Part shown: one piece after another, positions 50,201 through 61,088 of the stretch
Layout of the letters: each line of letters opens with the position of its first letter
Position numbering within the stretch: position 1 is the first letter of the stretch
IMG/VR virus record: IMGVR_UViG_3300021085_000017
Span: 1-64,000 of that record
Length of the DNA: 64,000 nucleotides
Direction: 5' to 3' (one strand)
DNA from: a virus
The notes under the pieces: model-generated
Seen by the model: only the letters and a program-made list of their open reading frames with translations
Database searches by the model: none
Told to the model about the DNA's origin: nothing
Made by a program: the position numbers and the translations under genes

Positions 50201-51562
50201 CAAAACGTATTAAACATTACACCAGCAGATGCCGATATTAAATTTAAACAGAAAGCATATGGTGAATTCACTATCGCAAGTTCAACACCACTTACATCTA
50301 GTAATGTTGTTCTAAGAACAGACAGTGGCACATACATTGATACTGACCACGTAACTATTACAAACACATCGGGACTTAATTATAAGATTGTATTCTGGAC
50401 ATATCCAGTTTCAGTAAATGATTTGATTGATGTGAATATAGGTACAGGAGCAACATTGTCAGACCTTACGAATTCATCGGTCAGAGTTAAAGCATCTTTT
50501 GCCTTGGCAAGAGTTGGTGTAACAACTACATCGGTATATCAATCAGTTGCATCGTATGTGTATGATGACTATTTGACAAATGCTGGATATAAAGATAGTA
50601 CAAAAGTTAAATTGAATGCCGGAAGTGTAGATGACCATCCGTTTGCTTTACTTGATGTTACGTCAGGTTCAACAGTAGTAATGGAAAACTATACAAAAGA
50701 TAATATCGAATATCAGAGAACATCAAAATATGCAGTGGCAGCCGCACAGATAAGTGCTGGTATTCCAGATAATTCAATGCCTTCAACTGCTACATTATGG
50801 TTCAACACTACTACAAGTACTTGGTACAAACGTATTGCAGGTTCATGGAATACTAACTTTGCAAAAGTACCAGGGACAAACAATGTAATAACACACGGAA
50901 CAGTAACATATACACCAACAGAAGGTGTAACATTTGTTGAAGATGAGTTTACAAGTTTCAGATGGGACCATTACGCAGACCTAGATAAGAGAATTGACCC
51001 TAGTACAAGTAATATTATTGACATGTATGTATTGGGTTCAGACTATGTAAGAAACGTAGAGAAGTGGTCAGCAAATGGATTTAAAACAGCGACACCAATC
51101 GCACCAAATAATTATGAGTTATCAAAATTAATGAAAACTATTGAGCCTAAGGCAGCCATAGGTGACCATATTGCTTATATTCCGGTAGAGTTTAAATATC
51201 TATTCGGCTCTTATGCAAAAAATGAAAACCAAGCAACGTTTAAGGTCATTAAGAAGTTGGGAGTAGGATATACTGATAGTGAAATTAAAACAGCAGTGTC
51301 TAACAAAGTAAACGAATACTTCTCAATTGATAACTGGGACTTTGGTGCTACATTCTATTTCTCAGAACTAGCGGCGTATCTACACAAAGAATTAGCAGAT
51401 TATATTTCGAGTGTAGTAATTACTCCTAAATATTCTACAAATGAATTTACAAAGTTACTTAGTATCTCATCTTCATTAAATGAAATATTTATGGCAGTCA
51501 CTACATCTAATGATGTAAAAATAATAAAACAATTATCACAATCTGAATTAGTGGGCGAATAA
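47288..51562 (+). CDS. gp6: baseplate wedge subunit (gp6-like) with large insertions
   Basis: YDFDTIR, FNDF, ENFMDTAERRASV...LGY, QDRMVNAQDY, WDFGATFYFSEL. Confidence 0.88.
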   Translation: MSQERTDNLFASESWTAVYTAYSNISLKAYDFDTIRTALLDYTAQTYPEKFNDFVASSEFIAILDLVAYLGHSLSFRLDMNTRENFMDTAERRASVLQMAKSLGYNKTRPINAKGFMKISSVSTTEAVKDNEGVSLAGKTINWNDSNNADWYENFISILNSSFAGNTKIQNPSSELTIADVEHALYEINEDTLSKNINYSFGANISGANRNFEAVRVVADKLTSTIYEDEPNANKNFTIINRNDNLGSSSDRTGFFVYASAGTLQLQDNNYSTVISNRIAKVEDIDISHTDVWVQKINSQKQYVSSVTKVDNNTRETAIYNALRSGSGDIVSVTTLDNNSIQLTYPDGIFGNAASGGYRTWYRKVDNDDFSVNASDITNSIITIPYVATDNRVYRLTFTLTSTRDFTENYSGETYASVRRIAPRSYYSQDRMVNAQDYNVYPLTLGTNVVRKLKSVNTSFAGNSRFFEMDDVLGHHSNLSVTGSDGTLFVEDETIKMPLRYNKTQGNSDNFIRNELTKAIKHPSLLNYFFYQNKDNVAVNVAIALSYSVSTSDTMVINTNIPSSTATIYEGDMFELQVGTNMTWAKVITCSAALSDGSKNYTLNKAIPDNGTVVRAVRGLRTRFTDSEITDIKTKIDSATESTFTIKYSLITSTASQWQWQVHEGATPSDAHVVFNYASGIRDNESEYVAEIIGKKVAFESRDQVKFFYGNTTNVVDNETKLATRDKILLNYKTSSSDTNFNASQDSPSVTIGQGKVKNAVAYNTVGAEFDADFLHTGARETYTFVDTQDAISGVTYEHFLISEDGLDYKLDSSDIVAPTSASGNKIGDATDLGDGIDKLKIQIDNLATVVSLGVLVGANNTTTATSEENLSNANLVINYDGTEDDSNAESSFTTISTNDLTTKGFKGDTSQSTLLTYFATATSTSNFVFRDVGDGIEQNEIVTTYDSNTDTYKFVLPFQHADTDASTAGNQNVLNITPADADIKFKQKAYGEFTIASSTPLTSSNVVLRTDSGTYIDTDHVTITNTSGLNYKIVFWTYPVSVNDLIDVNIGTGATLSDLTNSSVRVKASFALARVGVTTTSVYQSVASYVYDDYLTNAGYKDSTKVKLNAGSVDDHPFALLDVTSGSTVVMENYTKDNIEYQRTSKYAVAAAQISAGIPDNSMPSTATLWFNTTTSTWYKRIAGSWNTNFAKVPGTNNVITHGTVTYTPTEGVTFVEDEFTSFRWDHYADLDKRIDPSTSNIIDMYVLGSDYVRNVEKWSANGFKTATPIAPNNYELSKLMKTIEPKAAIGDHIAYIPVEFKYLFGSYAKNENQATFKVIKKLGVGYTDSEIKTAVSNKVNEYFSIDNWDFGATFYFSELAAYLHKELADYISSVVITPKYSTNEFTKLLSISSSLNEIFMAVTTSNDVKIIKQLSQSELVGE

Positions 51563-51563
51563 C

Positions 51564-54500
51564 ATGGCAAAGAAGATTTATGACTTTTTACCAGGACATC
51601 TAAAAAACCGTGAGTTAGAATCGATTTTCGAAACGACACTTAACCGTGCTTTCTCTGTCGGTGAGATGGAGAAAACAAAAGCATTTGTAGGTAGAAAGGA
51701 AAAGGGAATATTTAAGAATGATGACATTTATCTATCTTTCCCACCAACATCATATGCAAGAGATAATTACGGATTAGAACCAACATTTACAAATACAACG
51801 ACAACTGATAACGTTTTCTACGATGACTTGTTAAATGCATTGTATAATAAAGGTGCGTTAACAAACGACCACAGAAGATTATTCAATAGTAAATCCACAT
51901 TAAGCACAGTTGCACTACCTATAGATTTAGATAAGTTTATAAACTATAGTATGTATTATTGGGTTTCGCCAAACTTTCACGCCCACATTACGGGTTCAGT
52001 AAACAAGCATTATGTCACAATCAATAGAACTACCACACCAACAAACTGGTGGTCAAAAAATAACTATTGGTATCACTACGATGACATTAAGGACTTTATA
52101 TTTGATAGTAACTCTGGTGAAATAACACAAGCAACAAGACCAATTATTGAATTTGATGAAGACATAGAATTAAGTAATGAAAGTGCCGCAGTATCATTGA
52201 CACAAACAGTATCTGCAATTGCTGGTGCTTTTGTAGTAGGTTCTACATATACCATCGCTTCTGTAGGAACGACAGACTTCACATTAATAGGTGCATCAGA
52301 TAATGAGGTTGGCACAACATTCACTGCAACAGACGTAGGTTCTGGTACAGGTTCAGCATCTTGGCAATACATACCAACTTTCAAAGCATATAATTCTTCT
52401 AATGTATATACAAATGATATAAACATATTTCACTATGTAGTTAGTGAAAATTACACATTAGACAGACAGTTGGGATTTAAGCCAAAATTAAAAGCCGGCG
52501 ATTTTCAAAGTGAGTATGTGTTCAATATTGATTTGACAAATGACTTGACATACAAGTTGAAAAATGACTACAAGTCTCTGACACTTAAAACTGATTTTGA
52601 TTACAGAAACTTAAGACAAGAAATCGGCGACAAAGTAGATGCTACTAGTATTGAATTACTTCAGGCTCCTAAAAGTATTAACGCAATAGACATATATGTA
52701 AACGGACAAAAACAAATAGGAAACTATTCATACTCTAGTTCTGATAAGAAAATTACATTAAATTCATCAGTTACTGGAAACATATATGTTGATTATTGTA
52801 CAAATACTCCAGTTGTATTCGACGGTGACGGTGTATTCCAAAGAATTAATCCTGCATTAGAATATAACGTTGATAATAAATCGTATTCAAATTCAGAGAT
52901 GACATTCTCTTTAGTTTATGAACACTTTGTTCGTATAATTGAGACAGCACCTGGATTGACTGGTAGCCCAGACGCAGGAAATAACTATAGAAAAATAGGT
53001 GATAATTCAGATAAACTAAGACATGCAAGTCAAGGTAGTGTTCTAGTTACGAACAGTGTAGATATTAAAGAGGCATACTTTGCATTGACTAGAGAAGACT
53101 ATAACCCTATCAAAGCAACAGAGTTCTTATCTAACTCTTATAACGGTTACAAAAACAAGTTTCTAACTACAATTATTGAAACCTTATCTGATAGTGCAAG
53201 TGATACAAAAAGTGATTTACTTATCTTAGAAGAAGCAATTAACACAATATCTATGGGCAAACAAACAAGCGTAAGTATCTTTAGAGATAGCACTATGCTA
53301 AACTTTGGTGAAATTCATGCTCACTATGAAGAACTTGACGTAACTGTGATTGATGGTGCATCAGAACAAGTTATGCCTACGTTCAGAGATTCTATATTAT
53401 ATGATAAAAATATAGTTGTAATATTAGATGGTGTTGTACAAAGATTGAATGTAGATTACACATTGTCTTCTGGTGCTACAGAAATTCTTTTCACATCAAC
53501 AAGAGCATCAAGTGATATAATCAAAGTAAGACACTACACTAACATTAAAGAAACATATATTCCACCTAGTGCAACATCACTTGCTATAACACCGGCACAT
53601 ATTCCAGAGATTATTACAGATAATGGATATGAAACGCCTACTAAATTTATTAAGGGACATGATGGCTCATTAGTACCAGCATACCCGTTAGTTAATGGTC
53701 AAGTAAACAGAATAGATACAATCTTACTTGCGTTTGAAACTTTAATCTTTAATAACCTAACAGACAATACGAGTTCTGATATTGTAAGCATGGAATATGC
53801 GATATATGGAACAACAGGCTCAGATTATTCAAACTCTGAAAAGAAATACATCATGTATCCATTCTTTAAGAAATGGATGATGAGAAATAGCATTGATGAT
53901 TTAAATAACGAATCATTTGATTCATCACCATCTGAATACAAGACATGGAACTATAGAGCGAAAAATGATAGTGCGGCAGGTTATTGGAGAGGTCAATTAT
54001 TATATTCTTATGGCACAGATAGACCACTACAAGAGCCTTGGAAAGCAATAAAGAAATCACAAAAGCCAGCAAACTTTGATACAACTTACGGTTCAGATTA
54101 TACTACGATTGCATTTTGGAATGCACTCATTTCAAAAAATTCTTTGAATTGTCCAGTGCCAGTTGATGGTTCTGGTAATCTGAAAACTCCAGCAGTGTTA
54201 TTCTTTGGTGATGATATATCATCTAGTGATGTATTGGAAATGGACCAAGCATGGGAATTTGGCGATAACTCACCAGTTGAATTAGCATGGACACGTAGTA
54301 GTGAGTTTGCTTTTGCCGAATTTATGTTAATGTTATTATCAAAACCATTTGAGATTATGGACTCATATAGTTCACAAATAGCAAACATTATTTCTTACTC
54401 AAACAAGAGTGAAGGCATAAACAATGATAATGTAATTGCTGACAAACAAAACTATACATTCAAATTGGGTTCTAAGTTAGGTGGATTTGTAAACAACTTT

Positions 54501-57500
54501 AAATTACAAACAGAAAACAACTCGCTATCAAATAGTAGATACACTGAGTTACCAGAAGATAACTTTAATCTATTCGTACATCCTGGTGTACCGAATAGAA
54601 GTGAATTCTTCAGTGCAATAGTATTAGAAAAAGTATCGATAGAAGACAAATATCCCGTATATGCATATACAGACTTGTCAAGTTATGTTGAGGGTGATAT
54701 TGTTTTAAATTCAAATGATAACAAGTACTATAAAAGAAAAGTAACTGGACTATCATCAAAAGAATCGACAACTCCAGCAGGCTCATTTATAGTTGGAACG
54801 ACATATAAAATTAATCATGTTGGTACAACTGACTTTACATTAGTTGGTTCTACAGATAATAATATTGGCACTTCATTCGTAGCGACTGGTATAGGTTCAG
54901 GCGATGGTAATGTTAGCCTAATAAACTTTGATTATGGTCAATGGACATTAATATCACAGCCTAAAATTAACAAGTTTGGTTTTAGAATACATGGATATGA
55001 TGAAATTAATCCTACATTTTACGCAATGGGTTGGGACAAAGCAAGTGGAGAAAAAGCATTTCAAACAGAAGGCGACAAACTTCAGTTAAAAACTTGGAAT
55101 GCTGGTGAATATTACAGAGTAGATTCTTATATATTAAGAAACAATGTTCCTTATGTTTGTCTTAACAGCCACACTGCTCCATCAGATTTTGATGAAAGTA
55201 TTAAAAATTGGAAACCAGTTTCTAAGTGGCCGACAACAAATAAAGTTCAAGCAATGGGCTACAATAAGTTAGTAGATGACACGGTAAAGAATTATAATTA
55301 CGGTGACGTGCTACAAACACTAGACGAAGTTGCACATCTAATAATGGGATATGAAGAGTATCTAAAATTAGTAGGATGGGAATTCACAGATTCAACTGAC
55401 TTTGGTGACCCAGTAGATTGGGAAAATCTATTATTAAAATTCTTAGAATGGCAGTCTGAAAACAATTCAGTAGGTGATTTTATTACTCTTACTCCGTTGT
55501 TAACTGGTGGTATATTCAACACAGATTATGGTGTTGCTAGTGTTTCAACAGAAACTTTTAAAAACTATTATCGTATCTTAGATGCATCGGGTAGACGCAT
55601 ACCAACATCTGAAGTTGACTTCCACACAGATGGTTCAAAACTCACATTTGCAAGTAATGTTCCTATCTATGGAATGAAAATGGACATAAGAGATGTAGAA
55701 CATGCATTTGTTGTAGATAGAGTTGACAGTTATGGTGACATTATATATGACCCACATTCACATACTAGAAATCTTAGAATGCAAATCGATTGTAACAGAA
55801 CTATTGATTGGGATGGTACATTAACTGTTGATGGATATATTGTCCACAATGACAAACTGATACCAAACTTTGACACAATGATTGCTGAGACTAAGTTCTA
55901 TAGAGACACATTAGTTGACCAAGGTCTATCTATATTAAACAATTTGAAATCAAACCAATATGGATATACTACAAGAGCATATCTAACAAATCACGGTATT
56001 GAAAGAGAATCACAATTAGAATTCTATAAAGGTTTCTTATCTCATAAAGCAACTGTTTCTAGTATCAATAAGATTGTCAATAAAAATGGCGACTTTGAAA
56101 ACATCACACACTCGGATATATGGGCAGTAAGATTAAGTGACTACGGTTACCAATCATCAAAATATACAATGTCAAAAGACATTACAGTATCTGATATGGT
56201 ACAAAATCCATTCTTAGTGCAATTCTTAGACAACACTAAAGAACTTTTACCAGTTACTAAGAAAAATAATATAGCAATTAAAACTACTGGTTACGTGAAC
56301 GAATCAGATGTGACATACATTACTGGCACTTATGATTCCTTAACATCACTGACTGGTGTTACATTATATGAAGGCGATACTGCTTGGTTACAAACAGATG
56401 AAGATAGAGATTGGGACGTTGTCCGTCTTAGTGAAGTTGCTGAAATAAGTTATGTAGGTGAAACATCAGACAACCAACTATATATTGGTACTGCATCTGC
56501 AATTAATTCTACATCTATTACTAAACCAATTTATCTAAAAATTGATGCCGATGAGATAAGTCCAACAATTGCAGGATATTATTTGTTATCTGCAAATGGA
56601 ACAAAAACAGTAAACGGCACAGTCATACATGAATATCTAATATTCGAAGAAGACTTCGAACCATTAACTATTGAAATTGACTCAGCAACAACTAATAGTA
56701 TATTTGTTCCTACAAGTACAAATTCTGGTGTTGAAGCGATTGGTTCTATTAGTAATCCAGTTTTCGAAAGTGGAGATATTATAACAATAGATGGCACACA
56801 ACACACTTATGCCCCATCTGGTGCAACTAGTTCTGGTATAACAATACTAGGCACAGTTGCAAACTCGGTAGTTACAGAAGGAGAACAAGCAAGTTTTGTA
56901 GTATACAATAATGATGGATTAGTTGAAAATGGAACGAACACAACAGTAACATTCTCAGGAACTGTAGCAACTACAACTGGCTCATTTAGTTCAACACAAG
57001 GTGACCAGGTAACAATAGATGGCACAACATTGACCATTGATTATAGTCAGTCTAGTACTATATCAGAAACTACAACTGCTACAAGAAGTTCTTCACTAAC
57101 TACAGGCAACACAGTTATTATCGATGCAACGACAAAGACAGTTGCAGATTTAACAGTCACAGGCACAGTTACTTCGCCAACAATGACATCTACGAAGCCG
57201 TTGACAATTAATGGTGACACTATTTCACTAACAAGTGGAGATGATTTAACAGCAATCGTAACTGCAATTAATACAGGAACAAGTCAAGTTGTTGCATCAA
57301 CATCTTCAAATCAATTAGTTTTGACCACTTCATTGCCACAATTGACTATGACTGGTGGGTCGTTGATTGACTTAGGACTATCAACAACAAACTCATATAC
57401 AGATTCTAAATTGGATAATTTAGCATCAGACTTAACTACAATATCTGATATAACTGCTACAATAGATTCTAATAACCGTATGACAATAGTAAGTTCTGGA

Positions 57501-60500
57501 AGTTCAATGGTAATTTCTGGCACAGCATTAAGTGAATTGGGCATAACTGCTGGAACATATGAGACTAATCAAAATCCAACGATAGATAGTGTTGCTACAC
57601 AGATTAATGCAAGGTCTATTTCGGGTGTCACAGCGACAGTAGTAACAGGAACACTTAAGATATCAAGTACAAATCATAACTTAGATATCGTTGAAGTGAC
57701 TTCTGGTGCTATGAGTAGATTGGGCTTCGCAACAACTACAGTTGCGATAGATGCCACAGACACAATAGTATCTGACCTAAACGCACAAGTATTCACTATA
57801 TCAACTGCATTTGCAGTTAAATCTGATAGACAGGTAAAAATAACAAGTTCAGAAAAGACAATAATTGTTTCTAATATTCTTGGAAACCCACTTTCTGATA
57901 TGGGAATAACAGCAGGCACATATACTAACACAGTATCAACAAGTCCTACTGCATTAGAATTCGCTAGTCAGATAACATCAGCATCTGATGTTGTCGTTGG
58001 TGTATCAAGTGATGGTAGAATGATATTCACAAATGATAGTGTATCAATGTCATTCTCAGGAACTCCTGATGCAATACTGACTAAGGTAGGACTATCATTA
58101 ACATATTCTAACGTAACATCAAATGCAAACTTCAAAGCAATGCTTTGGAAGTCAGTAAGATATACTCCAGATTATAACGGCACAACAAGACTTGAATTCG
58201 AACAAGAATTAGGGTTGAATAGTGCAAGTAAGTTGTGGATAGATGATTATGATACTGTCGGATGGGCAGTACTAAGTTATAGTCCAATTGCTGGTAAAAC
58301 AGTACACGCAAAACAGGCATCAGTTATAGATACTAATCTAACAAAACGTTTGATTGTCAAAGATGGTGAAGACTTTACAGTTCATAACATTTATGACCCA
58401 CTAAATCTTAAGATGGCAGGGTCAACTATTTCTAAACTAGATTATGTTATGTGGACTGACCCAGCAAAATATGATACAGCATCAAGTAATGATGCTTGGT
58501 TAGATGAAAGATTAAACAAAATGTGGTGGGATACAGACTTAGCACGTTTCTATCGCTATAATGATTATGGTGATTCTGCTGGTAACTTGAATATTGATTT
58601 CGTAAGAAGATATTGGGGTAAGACTGTAGATAATTCTAAACTGATAGTAAAGAAATGGACAAAATCTAGGACTCTACCAGTTGGCGTTGAAGCATATAAT
58701 TCGAAGAAGTTCTTTGACGAAGATGCAGGAAGAGAAGTCATTGAATACTTCTTCTGGTCATCAACAGACAAAGATGCAAAAGATTTGTCATTACTGTTGG
58801 CATCAAACGGACCTAGAAACAAATTCTTACCAGTCGGTAAGCGAAGTGTTATTATGAGTAATGATTCTAAATCATATAATAGTCAAACACTTACAGCATC
58901 ATTAGAGTATCAAGTAGAAGAAGGAATTGTTAAAGAACATTCAGATTGGCAATTATTACCAGAGAATGACCATACACCAGTTCCTGATTTATTCTTAGAT
59001 GACCTGATTAACTCGGTATCTGGTACTACAATTATGCAGTCATATGCAACTAAACTTATTGCATCTCAACTAACAGATGTTAACTTTGCAGTTGTTACGC
59101 CAGTTGATAGTATGGGTGTACAATTCATGTCTGGTCTAACAATAGATGATATCGCAGTGACAACTGATGGTAGAACTGTAAATGCTGAATACTTAACGAT
59201 TGATGGTTCTAACTTAAAGATATCTCAAACACATACTATGACTGTCGGAGATGTTCTAAGAGTTTATAGAGTAGAAGACACAGAGAATAATTGGTTTACA
59301 AACAAATATGCAATGAGAGATAACTTCTCAACAGTTGTAAACGATGCAATGAGTAGAAAACTATTACAGACAGAATATTATAATTATGAACAGTATATAG
59401 ACACTGATGATTATATCTTTAGTCTAGGTGATTGGTATATTGATGATTCGTTTAAAAAGATTGATAACTTTGCGTATCTATCAACTACCAGAGAATTTGA
59501 TATGCTTGAAAGATACGAGAATGGTATATCATCATTTAAGTTAAAACTACCTACACATAATGAATTCTATTTTGAATATAATGGTGAATTAAGATTAGTC
59601 AATAGAAGCAATAGTGTTCTGAACATTTCATTGGGCTTCAATGAATTTACATACCCAGAAACAGTTTCAGCAGGAGAATTTGTAATCGGAAACACTTATG
59701 AGATATTAGAAGTAGGAACAACAGACTTTGTATCACTGGGTGCTAATAGTAATTCAAGTGGTGGTAAATTTGTAGCAACTGGTATTGGTTCTGGAACAGG
59801 TACAGCATTTAGTCAATATTATAATAATGCAACTGGTATTCAGATACATGAATTGATGAACTTGATTAGAAATCGTTCTAAGACAGAGTTTATCAATAAT
59901 ATATTCTATAGAATGATTGATTATCTTTATACAGAAAAATCTTATCCTGATTGGCTATTTAAAACAAGTTACTTTGATTTAGATTTACACAGTAGACCAC
60001 TCAAGCAACACGCAGTATACCAAAGAGAGAGCGAAGAAGATATCTTAGAGTATATTAGAGAAACAAAACCATATCATGCTAAGATAAGAAATATTAAGAG
60101 ACTTAATCAATTATCAGACACAGCATCAGTCACAATGTCAGCAGAAGAAAAACTGAAGATGACTTTAGACTTCGGTGAAGCAAGTAGATATGGCGAGGCA
60201 GTATATGATGGTATCGCTACAGATGATATTGCTGATGGCGAATATGAACAAGGTGGTTTAATAAGATATAGACCATTAGCAACTACAGAAAGTGGTGGAT
60301 TTGATACAGGCGAAGTAAATGCTAGAGCCGTCGAATCATCAGTTGTGGTAATTCAAAATTACTTAGATGCTCCGGGTGGTGCAGATGCAGATGTTTCTGG
60401 TATACAGAATTTAGGAAATTTACACCTTGACAAGACAGACTTTTTCGTGTATGATGTATATGGTAGAGGGTATAATATACCAGTTAAGGCATCATGTGCC

Positions 60501-61088
60501 GTGGCAGAAGATGTAGTAATCACTGCTGGTTCGTTTGTTGTAGGCAGAACATATACTATTGTGAAACCTGGAACAACAGATTTTGTCAGTGAACAGGGTG
60601 CTAGTGCAAACACAGTGGGTACAGAATTCGTAGCAACAGTAGTGGGTTCAGGAACAGGTACTGCTAGTGGTCCATTTATGATAACATCATCTGGACTTAC
60701 AAATGCACAGTTGGTTGCCTCTAAGAAGAACAAGAGATTGATAGCAGTTATGAAAGCATCATCGCATACTCATAACGCTGGAAAGTTTAAGATTGGAGAA
60801 CAATACAAAATTGATACAATAGGCACAACAGACTTTACATTAGTTGGTGGTGTTTCTAATACAGTTGGTGGTATATTTACAGCATCAGGAGTAGGTGAAG
60901 GCACCGGTACTGCTACATGTAAAGAAGGCAACGATATTGAGTTTATGATGTATGATAAACACACATCTGGAACACTTAATATCGATGATAGAGGTCTATA
61001 TACTACAATGACATACGACTTTAAGCAAGGCGATAGAGTGTTTTTACTTGATACTCCACTTGCATTAGTATTACAAGACCCCAAATAG
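51564..61088 (+). CDS. giant baseplate wedge / virion structural protein (gp7-position)
   Basis: 3174 aa directly after gp6; YIRETKPYHAKIR; Thr/Ser-rich central repeats; five copies of a 46-aa module. Confidence 0.7.
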   Translation: MAKKIYDFLPGHLKNRELESIFETTLNRAFSVGEMEKTKAFVGRKEKGIFKNDDIYLSFPPTSYARDNYGLEPTFTNTTTTDNVFYDDLLNALYNKGALTNDHRRLFNSKSTLSTVALPIDLDKFINYSMYYWVSPNFHAHITGSVNKHYVTINRTTTPTNWWSKNNYWYHYDDIKDFIFDSNSGEITQATRPIIEFDEDIELSNESAAVSLTQTVSAIAGAFVVGSTYTIASVGTTDFTLIGASDNEVGTTFTATDVGSGTGSASWQYIPTFKAYNSSNVYTNDINIFHYVVSENYTLDRQLGFKPKLKAGDFQSEYVFNIDLTNDLTYKLKNDYKSLTLKTDFDYRNLRQEIGDKVDATSIELLQAPKSINAIDIYVNGQKQIGNYSYSSSDKKITLNSSVTGNIYVDYCTNTPVVFDGDGVFQRINPALEYNVDNKSYSNSEMTFSLVYEHFVRIIETAPGLTGSPDAGNNYRKIGDNSDKLRHASQGSVLVTNSVDIKEAYFALTREDYNPIKATEFLSNSYNGYKNKFLTTIIETLSDSASDTKSDLLILEEAINTISMGKQTSVSIFRDSTMLNFGEIHAHYEELDVTVIDGASEQVMPTFRDSILYDKNIVVILDGVVQRLNVDYTLSSGATEILFTSTRASSDIIKVRHYTNIKETYIPPSATSLAITPAHIPEIITDNGYETPTKFIKGHDGSLVPAYPLVNGQVNRIDTILLAFETLIFNNLTDNTSSDIVSMEYAIYGTTGSDYSNSEKKYIMYPFFKKWMMRNSIDDLNNESFDSSPSEYKTWNYRAKNDSAAGYWRGQLLYSYGTDRPLQEPWKAIKKSQKPANFDTTYGSDYTTIAFWNALISKNSLNCPVPVDGSGNLKTPAVLFFGDDISSSDVLEMDQAWEFGDNSPVELAWTRSSEFAFAEFMLMLLSKPFEIMDSYSSQIANIISYSNKSEGINNDNVIADKQNYTFKLGSKLGGFVNNFKLQTENNSLSNSRYTELPEDNFNLFVHPGVPNRSEFFSAIVLEKVSIEDKYPVYAYTDLSSYVEGDIVLNSNDNKYYKRKVTGLSSKESTTPAGSFIVGTTYKINHVGTTDFTLVGSTDNNIGTSFVATGIGSGDGNVSLINFDYGQWTLISQPKINKFGFRIHGYDEINPTFYAMGWDKASGEKAFQTEGDKLQLKTWNAGEYYRVDSYILRNNVPYVCLNSHTAPSDFDESIKNWKPVSKWPTTNKVQAMGYNKLVDDTVKNYNYGDVLQTLDEVAHLIMGYEEYLKLVGWEFTDSTDFGDPVDWENLLLKFLEWQSENNSVGDFITLTPLLTGGIFNTDYGVASVSTETFKNYYRILDASGRRIPTSEVDFHTDGSKLTFASNVPIYGMKMDIRDVEHAFVVDRVDSYGDIIYDPHSHTRNLRMQIDCNRTIDWDGTLTVDGYIVHNDKLIPNFDTMIAETKFYRDTLVDQGLSILNNLKSNQYGYTTRAYLTNHGIERESQLEFYKGFLSHKATVSSINKIVNKNGDFENITHSDIWAVRLSDYGYQSSKYTMSKDITVSDMVQNPFLVQFLDNTKELLPVTKKNNIAIKTTGYVNESDVTYITGTYDSLTSLTGVTLYEGDTAWLQTDEDRDWDVVRLSEVAEISYVGETSDNQLYIGTASAINSTSITKPIYLKIDADEISPTIAGYYLLSANGTKTVNGTVIHEYLIFEEDFEPLTIEIDSATTNSIFVPTSTNSGVEAIGSISNPVFESGDIITIDGTQHTYAPSGATSSGITILGTVANSVVTEGEQASFVVYNNDGLVENGTNTTVTFSGTVATTTGSFSSTQGDQVTIDGTTLTIDYSQSSTISETTTATRSSSLTTGNTVIIDATTKTVADLTVTGTVTSPTMTSTKPLTINGDTISLTSGDDLTAIVTAINTGTSQVVASTSSNQLVLTTSLPQLTMTGGSLIDLGLSTTNSYTDSKLDNLASDLTTISDITATIDSNNRMTIVSSGSSMVISGTALSELGITAGTYETNQNPTIDSVATQINARSISGVTATVVTGTLKISSTNHNLDIVEVTSGAMSRLGFATTTVAIDATDTIVSDLNAQVFTISTAFAVKSDRQVKITSSEKTIIVSNILGNPLSDMGITAGTYTNTVSTSPTALEFASQITSASDVVVGVSSDGRMIFTNDSVSMSFSGTPDAILTKVGLSLTYSNVTSNANFKAMLWKSVRYTPDYNGTTRLEFEQELGLNSASKLWIDDYDTVGWAVLSYSPIAGKTVHAKQASVIDTNLTKRLIVKDGEDFTVHNIYDPLNLKMAGSTISKLDYVMWTDPAKYDTASSNDAWLDERLNKMWWDTDLARFYRYNDYGDSAGNLNIDFVRRYWGKTVDNSKLIVKKWTKSRTLPVGVEAYNSKKFFDEDAGREVIEYFFWSSTDKDAKDLSLLLASNGPRNKFLPVGKRSVIMSNDSKSYNSQTLTASLEYQVEEGIVKEHSDWQLLPENDHTPVPDLFLDDLINSVSGTTIMQSYATKLIASQLTDVNFAVVTPVDSMGVQFMSGLTIDDIAVTTDGRTVNAEYLTIDGSNLKISQTHTMTVGDVLRVYRVEDTENNWFTNKYAMRDNFSTVVNDAMSRKLLQTEYYNYEQYIDTDDYIFSLGDWYIDDSFKKIDNFAYLSTTREFDMLERYENGISSFKLKLPTHNEFYFEYNGELRLVNRSNSVLNISLGFNEFTYPETVSAGEFVIGNTYEILEVGTTDFVSLGANSNSSGGKFVATGIGSGTGTAFSQYYNNATGIQIHELMNLIRNRSKTEFINNIFYRMIDYLYTEKSYPDWLFKTSYFDLDLHSRPLKQHAVYQRESEEDILEYIRETKPYHAKIRNIKRLNQLSDTASVTMSAEEKLKMTLDFGEASRYGEAVYDGIATDDIADGEYEQGGLIRYRPLATTESGGFDTGEVNARAVESSVVVIQNYLDAPGGADADVSGIQNLGNLHLDKTDFFVYDVYGRGYNIPVKASCAVAEDVVITAGSFVVGRTYTIVKPGTTDFVSEQGASANTVGTEFVATVVGSGTGTASGPFMITSSGLTNAQLVASKKNKRLIAVMKASSHTHNAGKFKIGEQYKIDTIGTTDFTLVGGVSNTVGGIFTASGVGEGTGTATCKEGNDIEFMMYDKHTSGTLNIDDRGLYTTMTYDFKQGDRVFLLDTPLALVLQDPK

